NCBI GenBank assembly: GCA_951406725.2
Contig: OX597820.1
Span: forward strand, 15,252,001 to 15,316,000
DNA: 64,000 bases
Direction: 5' to 3'
DNA from: Octopus vulgaris
Taxonomy: Eukaryota
Part shown: positions 38,595-52,359 of the stretch, piece after piece
Layout: each line of letters begins with the position of its first letter
How positions within the stretch are numbered: the stretch's first letter is position 1
Translations under genes and position numbers: made by a program
Notes under the pieces: model-generated
What the model was told of the DNA's origin: nothing
Databases searched by the model: none
Seen by the model: only the letters and a program-made list of their open reading frames with translations

Positions 38595-38656
38595 CTTTTC
38601 CTCATTGGCTAACATCAGCGAGTCGACAGCTTTTTTTAGCTTTTCTATTTCGCTCT
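38595..38656 (-). CDS. PPFIBP1: Liprin-beta-like gene, exon B (62 nt, phase 1-0): SEIEKLKKAVDSLMLANEEK
   Basis: tttttttgcag|AGAGCG...GAAAAG|gtattg. The peptide matches the recalled liprin-beta coiled-coil motif KKAVESLMAANEEKDRKIE. The symbol denotes the PPFIBP1/PPFIBP2 co-ortholog. Confidence 0.9.
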
Positions 38657-39999
38657 CTGCAAAAAAACAAAACAAAATGAAACAAAATTACAAAACTGAA
38701 ATTACAATAAATAAATAATAAATTAACAAAAATAACGTTAGCAATAACAATAAAAAAAAATGGTTGCTTATATAATCAAGAAGTAAAGAAGAAATGTTAA
38801 GTCAAGCAATTGTATCTTTCTAAAGAAAACTAACATTATAGGTTGAAGTGATTGGAAAATTGAAATCAAAACTGAGCCCCTATCATAATAATTGCCAGCA
38901 GCAGCAGTAGGCCTCATGAGGGTGTTTTCAGCAGCTTGAGAGCAGGATCAAATTGACCAGGTTCTAACAACTCAACAGTTGAAAGAAGCAAAAGACACCT
39001 CTTTTACTCTTTTATTTGTGTCAGTCATTTGACTGTGGCCATGCTGGAGCACCGCCTTTAGTCGAGCAAATCAACCTCAGGACTTATTCTTTGCAAGCCT
39101 AGTACTTATTCTATCAGTCTCTTTTGCCAAACCGCTAAGTTACGTGGACGTAAACACACCAGCATCGGTTGTCAAGCAATGTTGGGGGGGACAAACACAG
39201 ACACATTATATACGACAGGCTTCTTTCAGTTTCTGTCTACCAAATCCACTTGCAAGGCTTTGGTTGGCCTGAGGCTATAATAGAAGACACTTGCCCAAGG
39301 TGCCAAACAGTGTGACTGAACCCAGAACCATGTTGTTCGTAACCAAGCTACTTACCACACAGCCACTCCTATGCCTATTACAACACCTGTTAATACATAT
39401 TGATCACATTAGTGCTTATATTCATGTAAAGCAACAAACACCTTTAACCAAGAGATCAGAACTTATTTCTAAGTGCTGACATAAGAATAAGTACTCTCTC
39501 TCCAAACACAATAGACCTATCAAACCACAATTAATGCTAACAGAGCAACCAGGTGTCAATAATTCTTTATCTTGTGGGAGAGGAGGAGGACAATGACTTT
39601 TACATGTACAGTAAATCTTGGGTATCACAAAACTGTAACCTAAGCTCTCAAGGAATATGAAAAGAACTTCTACATAGTACCCTTATTAAATTTTAAAGTA
39701 GTTGAATATGAGTTATTTTATGAATCTTCCACCTAGGTATAAACTGAAAGGCTCTAAAATAATGCTGGATGGCAGGGGCATGTACATGCTTTATGCCACA
39801 TCTAATATGTCCTAGAAATAACACACTACAAAAGCGGGATTGTACAATAAGCCTCAGATACCATTATAGAAAGAGGAGTTTGCATCACTGGGAACTGCTG
39901 GTTAGTGACACCCTTTTGACATCTTGAAATGGTCATAACTGCATTCGATTACTCAGTGAAGATCATGGTCATGTGAATCCAAGCAAGATCAACACAGTG

Positions 40000-40035
<36 letters not shown>

Positions 40036-40624
40036 GATGCCAGTACCGCCTGATTGGCACCTGTGCTGGTGGCACGTAAAAAGCACCATTTGAATGTGGG
40101 CAATGTCAGTCCCACTGGACTGGCTCCAGTGCCAGCGGCACGTAAAATGCACCATATGAACATGGTTGATGCTGCCCGACTGGTTTCGTGCCAGTGGTAT
40201 ATAAAAAGCACCATTCAAGAGTGGTCATTACTAGTGCCATGTAAAAAGCAGCCTCTACACTCTCAGAGTGGTTAGCGTTAGGAAAGGCATCCAGCTGTAG
40301 AAACCTTGCCAGATCAGATTGGAGCCTGGTGCAGCCTCCTGGCTTGCCAGTCCTCAGGCAAACCATCCAGCCCATGCCAGCATGGAAAATGGATGTTAAA
40401 CGATTATTATTATTATTTGTTAAGATTATATAGGACTGAGGTAACTCCTCCATGAAGTTATACAGAAATAAAAAATAGAAGAGTGCCATAGTTATCATGT
40501 GAAATTGGTTGAAATGAAGTAGACTGACATGTAATTTCTGAACCTGTGGAAGGCACGCTAGATGCCAAAATATTGTTCAACCAAATTCACATGATAACTA
40601 GGACACTCTTCTATTTTTTATTTC

Positions 40625-40657
<33 letters not shown>

Positions 40658-43600
40658 CATCATCATCATCATCATTATTATTGGGAAAGCTGGCAGAATC
40701 ATTAGCATTCTGGACAAAATGTTTAGTGAAATTTTGCTCATCTTTACATTCTGAGTTCAAATTCCACCAAGGTTGATTTTGCCTTTCACCCTTTCAGGGT
40801 CAATAAAATAAGTACCAGGTGTGCACCAGGTCGACATAATTGACTAGCCTCTACACCCAAAATTTAAGGCCTTGTGCCTATAGTAGAAAGGATTATTATT
40901 ATCATAAGTAGTAGTAGCAGTAGATGACAACTAGGGAGGAAGGAAAATTTGTATAAATTTACTTTAATTGTATCATTAACCAGACACACACACACACATA
41001 AAAAAAAAATTAATGAAGATTTATTATTTGAGAAAATTTACAATTAATTGTCAGGAAAAATTAATTTTAGAGTCTTAATTTTTCACTTCCTGAATGCTAA
41101 ATATTTATCAAGATATAAATTCTACATGGCAGAAAAGAAAAGAAGAAATAAAACACACACACACACATATATAACAAGCAAGTAAAGAAAGAGTGGGGGG
41201 GGGGGGCATATACAAATTCACTTTCAGAATTAAACAGATATGGGAAATTCTCAAAATCATTTATTTTACAAATTCCGAATATATAACGGCTTAACAAAGG
41301 ATATCAAAAAGCAATTATAAATATAAAAGAGGTCAATCAAAGTGTTAATGTAATATAATATAATATATATGAATTGCCATGGAAGTATTAGAAAAGAAGT
41401 TAAAAAGTAGAAATAAAGGTTCACTGTTGCAATAGTAATATATTCAAAAAGAAAATGATTTCTTACATAGTGTAAGATCATTCATTATTGTTAAGTGTAT
41501 TTTACAAAAGTTCTTTTGTATAAAACAGCTATGTAACACAAAGGAAGATTTTAAAATAGCAAAATTATGTATTTTTTTTCTTTAAATATATTTTCATGAA
41601 CAGTATGTCAACAATAGACTGAAGAAGGTAAAAAAACGAAATAGAAAACAGCTTAAATTTTGCGAAAGACTTCAAAACACAAATATACACAGGCATCACA
41701 AAAGTGTTAAGATGTCTGTTTATTCTATACTGGCATAGCTCGACTTGATCAATTTCTGTGAAGCAGATGTTTTTACAAGTGGATGCCTTATTCTAATGTA
41801 AACCACTTCTCCACTAAGGAAAATACAAAGACTTAGCCAAGAACAAAAACATGTGTTGTCTTAAGGAACATAGTCTTCTTTGAAAACTGAATTATTGTTA
41901 ACCAAGAGAAAAGGAAGTATTTTTAGTATTGAACCTAGGTAAAGGAGCAATCGGCAGAATTTTTAGCATGCTGGGTAAAATGCTTAGCAGCATTCCATCC
42001 ATCTTTATGTCCCAAGTTCAAGTTCAGCTGAGGCTGACATTGCCTTTCATCTTTTTAGAGTCAATAAAATAAGTACCAGTTGATGTAATTGGTGGAGGCG
42101 CATGGCTTAATGGTTAAGGTGTCAGCACCATAATCGTAATATTGTGGTTTTGACTCCTGCATCGAGTACCGCATTGTATTCTTGAGCAAAGCACTTCATT
42201 TCACGTTGCTCCAGTCCACTCAGCTGGCAAAAATGAGTAACGCTGTGATGGACTGTCCAACTGGGGAACACATACGCCATTGAAGCCAGGCCCATGAGCC
42301 TGGCTAGGCATTAAAAGGGTGTATTCATTTATATATTTTATTTTATGTAATTGACTCACCCCACTCCACTGAAATTACTGGCTTTGAGTCAGAATTTGAA
42401 ACCATCATTAAACTTAGGTGCAGACATGCTGTATGGTTAAGAAGCTTGCTTCCCAACCATGTTGATCTTGGGTTCAGTCCCACTGCATAGCATCTTAGGT
42501 GTCTTCTACTATAACCATGGGTCAACTAAACCCTTGAGAGTGAATTTTGTAGATAAAAATCTAAAAGAAGCCCATTGTAAATGAGGATCATTGTACAAGT
42601 GAGGTTGTTTGTTTCCAGTCTTCTGTGAAAAACATATCTAGCTACGTTGCCAGGAAACAGGTGTGGGTTGGCAATAGGAAGGGCTTCCAGTTGTAGAAAA
42701 TCTCAACAAATTCCAAAGTGGACATTAAATAATGATGAAATTTATTACTGAACAATTTTGGTTAAATATCATAATTCCTACAATCCAATGACAGACCACA
42801 TGTTGTGCAGTACTAAAATTACATTTATTCAGTTTCTTCTCTTGAGGAATAGGATCACAAGAATTAGAGAAAATTTTTGAACCAATCAGAATTTCATGGA
42901 TTGATACTTGTAAGACTTCAGTTAATTAAAGGTAGACTCAGCAAGTAAGTTCTCAGCAAATTCAAGACTGCAGGTGGTAGATATCATCTTCAACTGTCTA
43001 TTTCCTCTCCCTAAAAAAAAACTGAGGATTTATGGCTAATGGAAAATAAATCTTAAGCCTACTGAATTGGATATAGAAAGATATAGAATGATTTATAGCT
43101 TCAATATTTAGCAGGGGAACATGTTACTAGTTCTTATTTTATCAAGACTGGAGAAAACCCGGTGAGATTCAAACTTAGCAAAATGAGACAATTGAAGCTT
43201 ACAGATCGTTTCTCTGCCATCTGGGTGATCTATGTCACTCTTATATTTGGAATATCAGATGAATGAAGCTTATATTTTAAGATGTTTAAAAAAAGAAATG
43301 AAAAGATAATGAGTTAAAAGGACAAAGAAGACAAATAGGGGAGTTGATGGGAATGAAGTCAAAGAAAGGGGAGTGTGTGGACAGTAAGTTAGAAAGAAGA
43401 TACTAAAATATACAAGATTGGAAAAATGAAAAGAAAGGAAACTGAAAAAGATAAAGAGTGACTAGAAGAAGAATTTTTATTCCTATAAATAAATTTATTT
43501 CATAAAGAAGAATCACAAATATATTTCCCAAGAAAATATATTCAAATGCCAAAAGGACTACAAATAGTCATTCTTAAATATTTTGAACTTTTGCTGTTGG

Positions 43601-46600
43601 GAGTGTCTGCATTTACATAATCAGCAATACCTACGGAAGTGGAGGCAGTAAAAAGGAAAGAAGGAAGTAAAAGAAAAAGAATGACAAGAAGAGCTTGAAA
43701 ATGCTGTCACACAAGTTATTTCAATGAATATAATCTTTCTATAAACATACAATTCTATTTGTTTGAGGTGCATAATTGAACTAAATTGCGTTGCACTGGT
43801 TTGCAGCTGGTGACTTAAATAAATTAGCTTTATTAGCTTTGCCCTCCCACCTATCTTTACATTGTTCAAATGTTATTACTGATTTTTATTTATTTTTTTT
43901 TTACCAGTGTTAAATAGCTACAAGAGTTTCACACACTAATAAAAGAACAACAAAGGTGATTTACTACAACTTGTTTCAGTAAATGGCTTTTCATGTTGCT
44001 TTGAAGTTAATGTTTGATTTCATAGTCTCTCTCTCTCTCTCCTTATAGTAAAATTTTATCAAGACAAACACAGTGGTTACTAAATTATAGAATTTGACTA
44101 TTGATCTTCAGGTTTTCTAGTGAATTATAGTTGTTGAATTTGTTTAAGCACTTCTCCAACGAACTTTATGCTGTTTACACTGGCCAAACTATTTGAATAT
44201 AAAAGTGCAGTCGAGTATTAAGGAAAGGATTCCATTCTTTACACACCTGTAAATACCTAAGAAGCAGGAAAATATGTATAAATATCTATAGAAGCATATA
44301 AGAAGATATATACTTATAGCAAAATAATCACATCTTAATCTCTAGCGTTATTCTGCTGCAACTGCCATACCTTAATCATGGAATGAAATTGAGGACATAG
44401 TGTTTTACAGATACAGCATCATCATCAATGTTTTAATGCCCAATTTTCCATGCTTGCATGGATTGGACGGAATTCATTGAGGCAGATTATTTATGGGCAG
44501 ATACACTTCCTGTCATCAGCCCTCTGTTTCTTTTCCCCATGGCTGGAAACGTTTCTACAGAAGCTTGGAAATGAAAGACGCTGCTTATACAACAGTGACA
44601 CTTGTTTACAACATTTATATTATTTGTCAGACAAATGACTATCAACTGTTTTAAAATTAAGAGTGTGTATACGAGAAGTCAGAGGTCAGAGGTCACAGCT
44701 ATTGTACTTTAATCATTGAGACTGTGGATTGAAGTCCAGTTGTATGCACCACTTGCCTCTGATATAAAAATAAAGATGGAATGCAACATATGACATTTTG
44801 TAAAACATTTAATTTCTATACTTCTGTTGTCTCAATTAATTTTGAAAACAGTAGCAAAACAAACTGGTATTTGAACATAAATTTACATGAAATTTTACAG
44901 GGAGGTTTTAATTTCAATCACCTTGAAACAGGAAGGTTGTATCACAGAATCAGGGGTGGTTTCAAGCAGGGTGGTATCAAAAGGGTTAGAGCTTTGCCAA
45001 CATAGCTGCAGAATAGCATGATTTCATGCCATAGTTAAGACCATTTACTTTTTAGCAAAAATATAAAAATGATAAATAACTCTCACAGTAGAAGAGCTGA
45101 CAATTGTACAACAAAGAATATAGTTTTCAAAGATGGTTTCTCTTAAGATTGCAACTTCAGTACTACCTGTGTAAATCTCTCAATTTTTTCTTTTATGGAA
45201 CATTTTAATTTAAACACGAACACTTGAAAACAGGTGGTTTGCTTCTTAAAACCAGAGGTGGTGTCAGACAATTGGGTATTAAGTGTTAGATATATTAAAT
45301 GTATAACATGAAATTGAAATAAGTATTATGACCATAAAAACAAGGGTACAAACAAACTAATGACGGAGCCTCTATGTGAACTCAACCTTTTAAAAATAGA
45401 AACCAAATCTCCCTTAAATCACATTCTATAATCTTAAGAAAGGAAACACTAGACACTGTAGTCTTAGATATACTTGACCTGGACAAAAGAAGGAATTGCC
45501 ACTGTTGGAATGTTTTTGATTAAATACGTATTTAAGCCAAGCTGACCGGAGGCTAAATAACATAGATAAGTTACTGTTAGAATATTTAATACATTTAAAC
45601 GTTGACTAATATGTTCATTTTGCAATCAAGTGTGAAAGAAAACTCCATATATCATTTGCTCTTATCCTGACTTCGTCAGTGAAGTGTAACTACCATCATT
45701 CTTTGTTGAAGTAATTGAGGAAAGACCCACCAAGTATATAATCAAGGTCACACCTTAGTTGGCATAGGAAAGTAAAATTGTAAAAAAAAAATTAAAAAAA
45801 AAAAAAAAATTCACAGACATCAATCGTATGTAGAACAATAACAAAGATAATGTTAATAGTTTAAATGTATAAAGAATTTTTTAAATCTCTGTAAGTAACA
45901 AGCAAAATACCATTTCTTCTTGTGTCTGTTACTCACATATGTTGTCAGTTTTTTTTTTCCACTTTGGTCATATGATATGTAACCCATTAATCTATCGGTA
46001 GCAACATAAGTCCTTTTACTCACTTCACTTCTTTCTGGAACAGCACCTATTACCCATCTCTCTCCATAGCAGCATATGTTCCAATACTACTTTCTCTCTT
46101 TAGCTACAGTTACCCCACCACCACCACCACCACCACCACCTCTCTCTCGCCCTTTAGGTGTCTTCACGCTTCCTCTTAATTTTTTTACCTCACACTCCCT
46201 GTTTTGTGGTTTCATACACACATGCACACGCTCAGGTACACAATATTCCACATATGCACATCAAATTTTGTAATACATGATGATATAATATATGAACATC
46301 CCCTTTGAAAGAAACGCAGCTACAAAGTTCCACGTCATTAGAAATGTTAAGATGTAAAGTATCAGGTTTCTGTAGTAAAGAGACATCAGGTATATACCAA
46401 TGCATAATGTCTGTATTATTTGTATTTAGTCTACAACACACCTTCTAAGTAAAATGTACCTACAATTTACTCGTAGCTAAACCCTTTATTAATATTCCTC
46501 TACTTACGATAACCATTGGTTTTAGCCCTTCAGTAAAAAAATATTCTTAGTCAGTTTCTCTGGTTGATAAGTAGGTATTTTTCCTTGTTAACTGTGAATT

Positions 46601-48546
46601 ATAAGCATTCAATGAGAACGTTTGCTATAAGAATGCACAAATATCTAAACTTTCAATATCTTTTACACTGCATATGAACATATAGAAAGAAACTAAAGTG
46701 CTTCAGCATAAATATAAATGAAACCCAGCAAAATCATGGCAAGAACTGTCCTTTATAATATACAAGTTAATAGAAAATACAAAGGAAAACAGGTTTTGAG
46801 AATGAAACTATTGAACAGTATATCTTTTTAAAGTAACATTGTGAATAAAACCAATCAAAATAATTGCAATTATTCCTTGAAATAAAGCCTTCCAAATGCT
46901 CAGAATGCTCCACAATAATAACTGATTGTCTAAATGGCTTCATTAACAATGGAAGTGGGTGTTCCAGAAGTATAGCAGCCAGTATAAGAACAAAGCAGTA
47001 AAAGTTCAGGGAAATTTGTTATAAAAAAATGCTTTAACCATTTAACTTCTGATGGCGACACAAGAATTTTCTCTCTTCAGTGAAGAGTAGATTGCATGAG
47101 TCATGTGTAAGAAGTTTATTACTGTATGGTAATGAAGCATGACCACTGAATGCCGAGGATGAGTGAACTACCATTATCTATCCACTGGAGGAGTAATGTT
47201 CAGTGCATGAATGATTTAATACAAATGAGTTGAGAAAAACTGAGTATAGAAGGAATCAAATGTAGTATGGAAGACAGAAGCTACATTGGCACCAACATGT
47301 GGAGCAAATGGATATGATAGGGACAAGGGTGGAGGTGGGATTTGAGAAGCTTGCTTCCCAATCATATGGTCTTGGGTTCAATCACATTGCATGACACCTT
47401 GAGCCAACCAAGCCTTGTGAGTGGAATTGGTAGACAGAAACTGAAAGAAGCCTGTTGTATATGGATATGATTGGGACAAGGGTGGACACACATATGTATA
47501 TGTGTGTCTGTATTTGTCTCCCCCACTCCCAACATCGCTTGGCAACCGATGCTGGTGTGTTTGCGTCCCCGTAACTTAGCGGTTCGGCAAAAGAGACTGA
47601 TAGAATAAGTACTAGGCTTATAAAGAATAAGTACTGGGGTCGATTTTCTCGACTAAAAAGGCGGTGCTCCAGCATGGCCGCAGTCAAATGACTGAAACAA
47701 GTAAAAGAAAAAAAGAAAGAAAAAAAAAGAATAAAGTTACAGAAAGAAGTGGTGAAAATTGATTTCAGGATAGTGAACCTTGCAAAGGAAATGACTATGA
47801 CGTGATGAAACACTGCACTGGAAAAAAAAAAAAAAACTGTCTAAGATATGACCATTATCAGTATCATCATGATTATCATCATCATGAGAAAGATGACAAT
47901 GATGATGAACATGCAAGTGGATATAAATTCAGGATGGAAAAATTGTAGCTAATCAAGGCAAAGCAAAGCTGAATTTTGTTTAAATCTTAAAACGTTAGAT
48001 ATCACAAATGAGATGACATAACTGATGTATGAAGTAATGGCAGTGTCACGAAATACAAATACTGAGCCAATGAAAAATACGTTGGCAAATTCACACGATG
48101 AAATTTTTATTTTTAATTACCAGACAACTTTAAAATTACGTAGCTAGATTAAAATGTGCTCTGATAAATTTCGGTTTGAAGCAGAGATTATCAAGATGGA
48201 GCAAGGTTATATTGCTAAAGTTGGTAAACAAATTAGAGGATGGTAGAGATAGAAAAAAAAGAAAAAACAAGAACTACCAAATCAATGTATGAAAGGAAAT
48301 GATTGCATTACTGATAGAGAGAAGTTATACAAGTAAATTAGAGAAAACAGGTATATAAAGGCTGATGTAAAATGAACCGACATATCAAGATTACAGTAAA
48401 ATTTCGAATTACAGAAGAGCATTTGTTGATCTACTCAGATGTTTAATCCAGATAAGTATCTGTTACTGAATATTGGGAGTAAAATATAGAGGAGAAATTA
48501 GCATAAGAATATTAAGAATACCATACAGTCAATCAACATATGTACA

Positions 48547-48933
48547 TCTTTATATATAAAAGTAAGGTTGTGTGTCTGTCTCCTACGATTTAGATTCCTA
48601 ACTACTCCCACATTTTGCGGTGCAGTTTAACCAAAACCGGGTATCTTATAGTCGTGATTCATATCGAGCCCTTCTGGGTATTAGCGCGCGTCTACGATGA
48701 GTCTATGATTTAAAAAAAAATTTACCATCATTTTTTCCCATTTTAATGCATTTTTTCGCTATTATATAAGGGAAGTAACTCTCTAAAAATGTCTACGATG
48801 AGTCAACGATTTAAAAAAAAATTTACCATAATTTTTTTCCCATTTTTAATGTATTTTTTTGCTATAACTCTCTAAAAATGCTTATATAGTTATTTCCCTT
48901 ACAAACCCGAGCAACGCCGGGCGATACTGCTAG
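48547..48933 (+). mobile_element. Intact non-autonomous Helitron (387 bp)
   Basis: Inserted at A|T with no TSD; 5' TC; 3' CCCGAGCAACGCCGGG hairpin followed by CTAG; internal ~100-nt tandem duplication; CpGs preserved, suggesting a young copy. Confidence 0.9.
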
Positions 48934-49259
48934 TCACTTATAAAATAATATACATCAGTCCCATAAAATAATAGTCTGACCTAATAAAACTACTTAACTT
49001 CCTTTATAAATAAAGAAATAAGAAAGACTTTTGTGAAAAATGTCACATATTTTACAGCTTTACTAGTTTCTGTCACTAGACTGCAACCATACTAAGACAC
49101 AATCTTCAAGGGTCAGTCAATAATATCAATCCCAGTACTTATTACCAACTGGAATGTATTTTAACAATCTCTGTTTGTTGAACTGGTAGGTTATGGGACA
49201 TAATGGGATAAAATATAAACAACACTAGTTGATATACTGGTGCAAACATAAACATGGTC

Positions 49260-50400
49260 ACAATTTGTGAGGGAGTTGTACATGTGCTTTGTTGATATGG
49301 AGAAGGCATTGAAGAAGAGGGGTGTACTAGAGGTAATAGCAAGGGCAGTGATGAGTTTGTATGAGGGGGTAAAGACAAGAATTAGAATTGGATCAGAGCT
49401 GTCAGAGGAATTTGTGGTGAAAGTTGGTGTGCATCGGATCTGTGTTGTCACCGTTGTTGTTTGCAATAGTGGTTTATGTGGTGACAGAGAGAGCAAGAGA
49501 GGGATTAATAGTGGAGATACTGTATGCAGATGACCTTGTTCTCATGAGTGAGATGATCGAGGGATTGAGGGAGAAGTTTTTGAAATGGAAGGAGGCGTTT
49601 GAAGGCAAGGGTTTGAAGGTAAACCTCGGAAGACAAAGGTGATGGTGAGTTGGGAGGAAGGAGAAGTGTTAGTGAGTAAGGTGGATCAATGTGGTGTTGT
49701 GTATGGGATGTGAGAAATGGATTCATGGTAGATGTACGAAAATGAAGAAGGTGACTCCAAGACTGGCGAGAGAGTTTGTTTGTGGAAGATGTAAGGAAGG
49801 AGCAGGAGGGCTGGCGGAACCAGTGGAAACACTACGTAACGAAGTGGAAACAGTGAGAGGGTTTTGTTATTTGGAAGTTAGGGTAGATGTAAGTGGTGGA
49901 TGTGAAGCAGCTGTGACAGCAAGAGCAAGACTTGGCTGGGTGAAGTTCAGGGATGTGGAGTGTTGTTATATGGGAAAAGGTTCTCATTAAAGATAAAAGG
50001 AAGGGTCTATAAGAGTTGTGTGAGAGCTGAAATGTTGTACGGGAGTGAGACATGGTATCTGAGGGAGAGAGAGATGGTAATTTTGAGAAGGACTGAGAGA
50101 GCAATGGTAAATATGTGGGGTGAAGCTGTTTGATAAGAGGAGGACTCAGGACTCGATGGGGATGCTGGGGTTGGAGGAACTGGTGGAATGGTTGGCAAGG
50201 GCGAATGGAGGGAGGTGGTATGGGCATGTGTTGAGGAGGGTCATTGCGTTTGAGGTAAATGGAGTGCAAAAGCAAAGTAGACCAAGGAAAAGGTGGAAGG
50301 GACAGGTGGAGGGGGGATTCAGAAGGTTGGTTTGAAAAAGGAGGACATCCAAAACAAGGCAAAAAGGTGAGATGGTGTGAGGGCAGTTGCTATGGCATTA
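49260..50400 (+). mobile_element. RTE-clade LINE fragment (reverse transcriptase pseudogene with a PHD-like Cys/His insert)
   Basis: LYMCFVDMEKA, GSVLSPLLFAIV, ILYADDLVL, GLKVNLG, FCYL, KGRVYKSCVR..MLYGSETW and RWYGHVLRR; frameshifted and internally deleted. Confidence 0.92.
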
Positions 50401-51959
50401 AGGTAGTGTGTGTGTTTGTCCCCCAACCATTGCTTGACAACTGATGTTGGTTTGTTTACGTGCCCGTAACTTAGCTGCTTGGCAAAAGAGACCAACAGAA
50501 TAAATACTAGGCTTACAAAGAATAAGTAGGCGCAGGAATGGCTATGGGTAAGAAGCTTGCTCCTCAACCACATGGTTCCATGTTCAGTCCCACTATGTGG
50601 CACCTTGGGCAGGTGTCTTCTACTATAGCCACGGGCTGACCAAAGTCTTGTGGGTGGATTTAGTAGACGGAAACTGAAAGAAGCCCGTCATGTGTGTGTG
50701 TGTGTGTGTAGTCGTGTCTGTGTTTGTCCCCCCACTATTGCTTGACAACTGATATTGGTGTATTTACATCCCCATAACTTAGCGGTTCAGCAAAAGTGAC
50801 CAATAGAATAAGTACTAGCCTTACAACGAATAAGTTCTGGGGCCGACTTGTTCGACTAAAGGCAATGCTCCAGCATGGCCACAGTCAAATGACTGAAACA
50901 AGTACAAGAATAAAACCACATGCCATTTCTACCCAGAATTATTTCTTTCTACACATAATATACATCTATCCAAGCTATTTCAAAATAAAATTTTGAAACA
51001 TTAAAATAAGGGTAACGACAACAGTTTAATGGATAACATTCAATTATTGATATTTTTCAAGCCTGTTGCCTTCCTAAAGAAAAATATTGGTACTAGAGTC
51101 AGCAAAAATATAGCAAACAGCTCAAATAATTACAGGATATACTTTATTTATTCATGTAGAAGTCACACTGTTCTACATTTGATTCTAAATGAGAAACAGG
51201 GTGCAATTTATACACGAGGAAATGCTAAAAATTATGAAGGGAAAAATTTTGTACTAAATTAGGAGTGCAATTTATACATGAGTAAACACAGTATATTAAT
51301 TTGCAGACGCAGTGCATAATTGGTAGAGCATCAAACAAAATATCTTGTGGTGAGAAAATACCTAGTGGTATTTAATTGCATCCGATTATATTTTTAATAC
51401 AAATCCTCTCTAGTTTCCCTTTCTCTTTCATCCTTCCATGGTTGGTAAAATATATTACAAGGGAGGATATTGTTAATTATACTCTAAAAGTCAGTATTTC
51501 AGCATGGCTACAGTTCAATGACTGGAACTAATAAAAGAATAGAAAGAACTAAGACTTGCCACTTGATTCCACAAAATATACTAGGATCCAAATTCATTAA
51601 TTCAATTCTTTGCAGTCAGCAGTGGAGTTAAATACACTGCTAAAAACACACTGGCCTCCGCTACTCACGTAGCTTGAGGGAATTAAAGCTAAAAGTAATA
51701 AATAGATTCACTATCGTTATCACTGCATGATAAGGATTTCAGCGAAGCAGAACAGCAGATGGAAATAGTAATGAAAATATATGTTAATAGTGTGTGGAGT
51801 GGGGACAAATTAGAGACTGATGGCGAGGCATGAAGTTATCTTGGAGCAAACTGCTCCAGTTTGGCAATGACTTAGATATGATCAAAATGTTTACGAAGTA
51901 AACATGAATAGCTTCTTGACCACAGTGAAATTTTTTCAACTCTTAAAACTGAAGTTACA

Positions 51960-52359
51960 GGCGTAGGAGTGGCTGTGTGGTAAGTAGCTTGCTTACCAAC
52001 CACATGGTTCCAGGTTCAGTCCCACTGCGTGGCATCTTGGGCAAGTGTCTTCTTCCATAGCCTCAGGCCAACCAAAGCCTTGTGAGTGGATTTGGTAGAC
52101 GGAAACTGAAAGAAGCCTGTTGTATATATGTATATATATGTATGTGTGTGTTTGTGTGTCTGTGTTTGTCCCCCCAACATTGCTTGACAACCGATGCTGG
52201 TGTGTTTATGTCCCCATAACTTAGCGGTTCGGCAAAAGAGAGCAATAGAATGAGTACTAGGCTTACAAAGAATAAGTCCTGGGGTCGATTTGCTTGACTA
52301 AAGGCGGTGCTCCAGCATGGCCTCAGTCAAATGACTGAAACAAGTAAAAGAGTAAAAGA
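51960..52359 (+). mobile_element. SINE family B (tRNA-like head, CORE-like segment, internal (TA)/(TG) tract, (AGTAAAAG)n tail)
   Basis: GGCGTAGGAGTGGCTGTGTGGTAAG...CTTGGGCAAGTGTCTT...GCTCCAGCATGGCC...GACTGAAACAAGTAAAAG. At least ten further copies, e.g. ~1625-2020(-), 8650-8980(-), 12262-12645(+), 16665-17060(-), 28480-29027(-), 39003-39375(-), 47345-47710(+), 50528-50913(+), 56050-56658(+) and 60825-61218(+). Confidence 0.9.

Noticed and set aside
40035-40250. Repeat-plus-variable-spacer pattern resembling a CRISPR array (also at 29780-29940 and 53258-53440)
   Set aside because: The spacers are related to each other, the repeats are degenerate, the array is internal to a SINE, the context is eukaryotic, and no cas genes are present.
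47382-47813. Recurring peptides such as AMLEHRL, FAEPLSYGD and GTMWLVSKLLTTQP in many ORFs
   Set aside because: They are translations of family B SINE copies, not a gene family.
49832-50362. 176-aa minus-strand ORF, the longest in the track
   Set aside because: It is the antisense shadow of the purine-rich RTE fragment.
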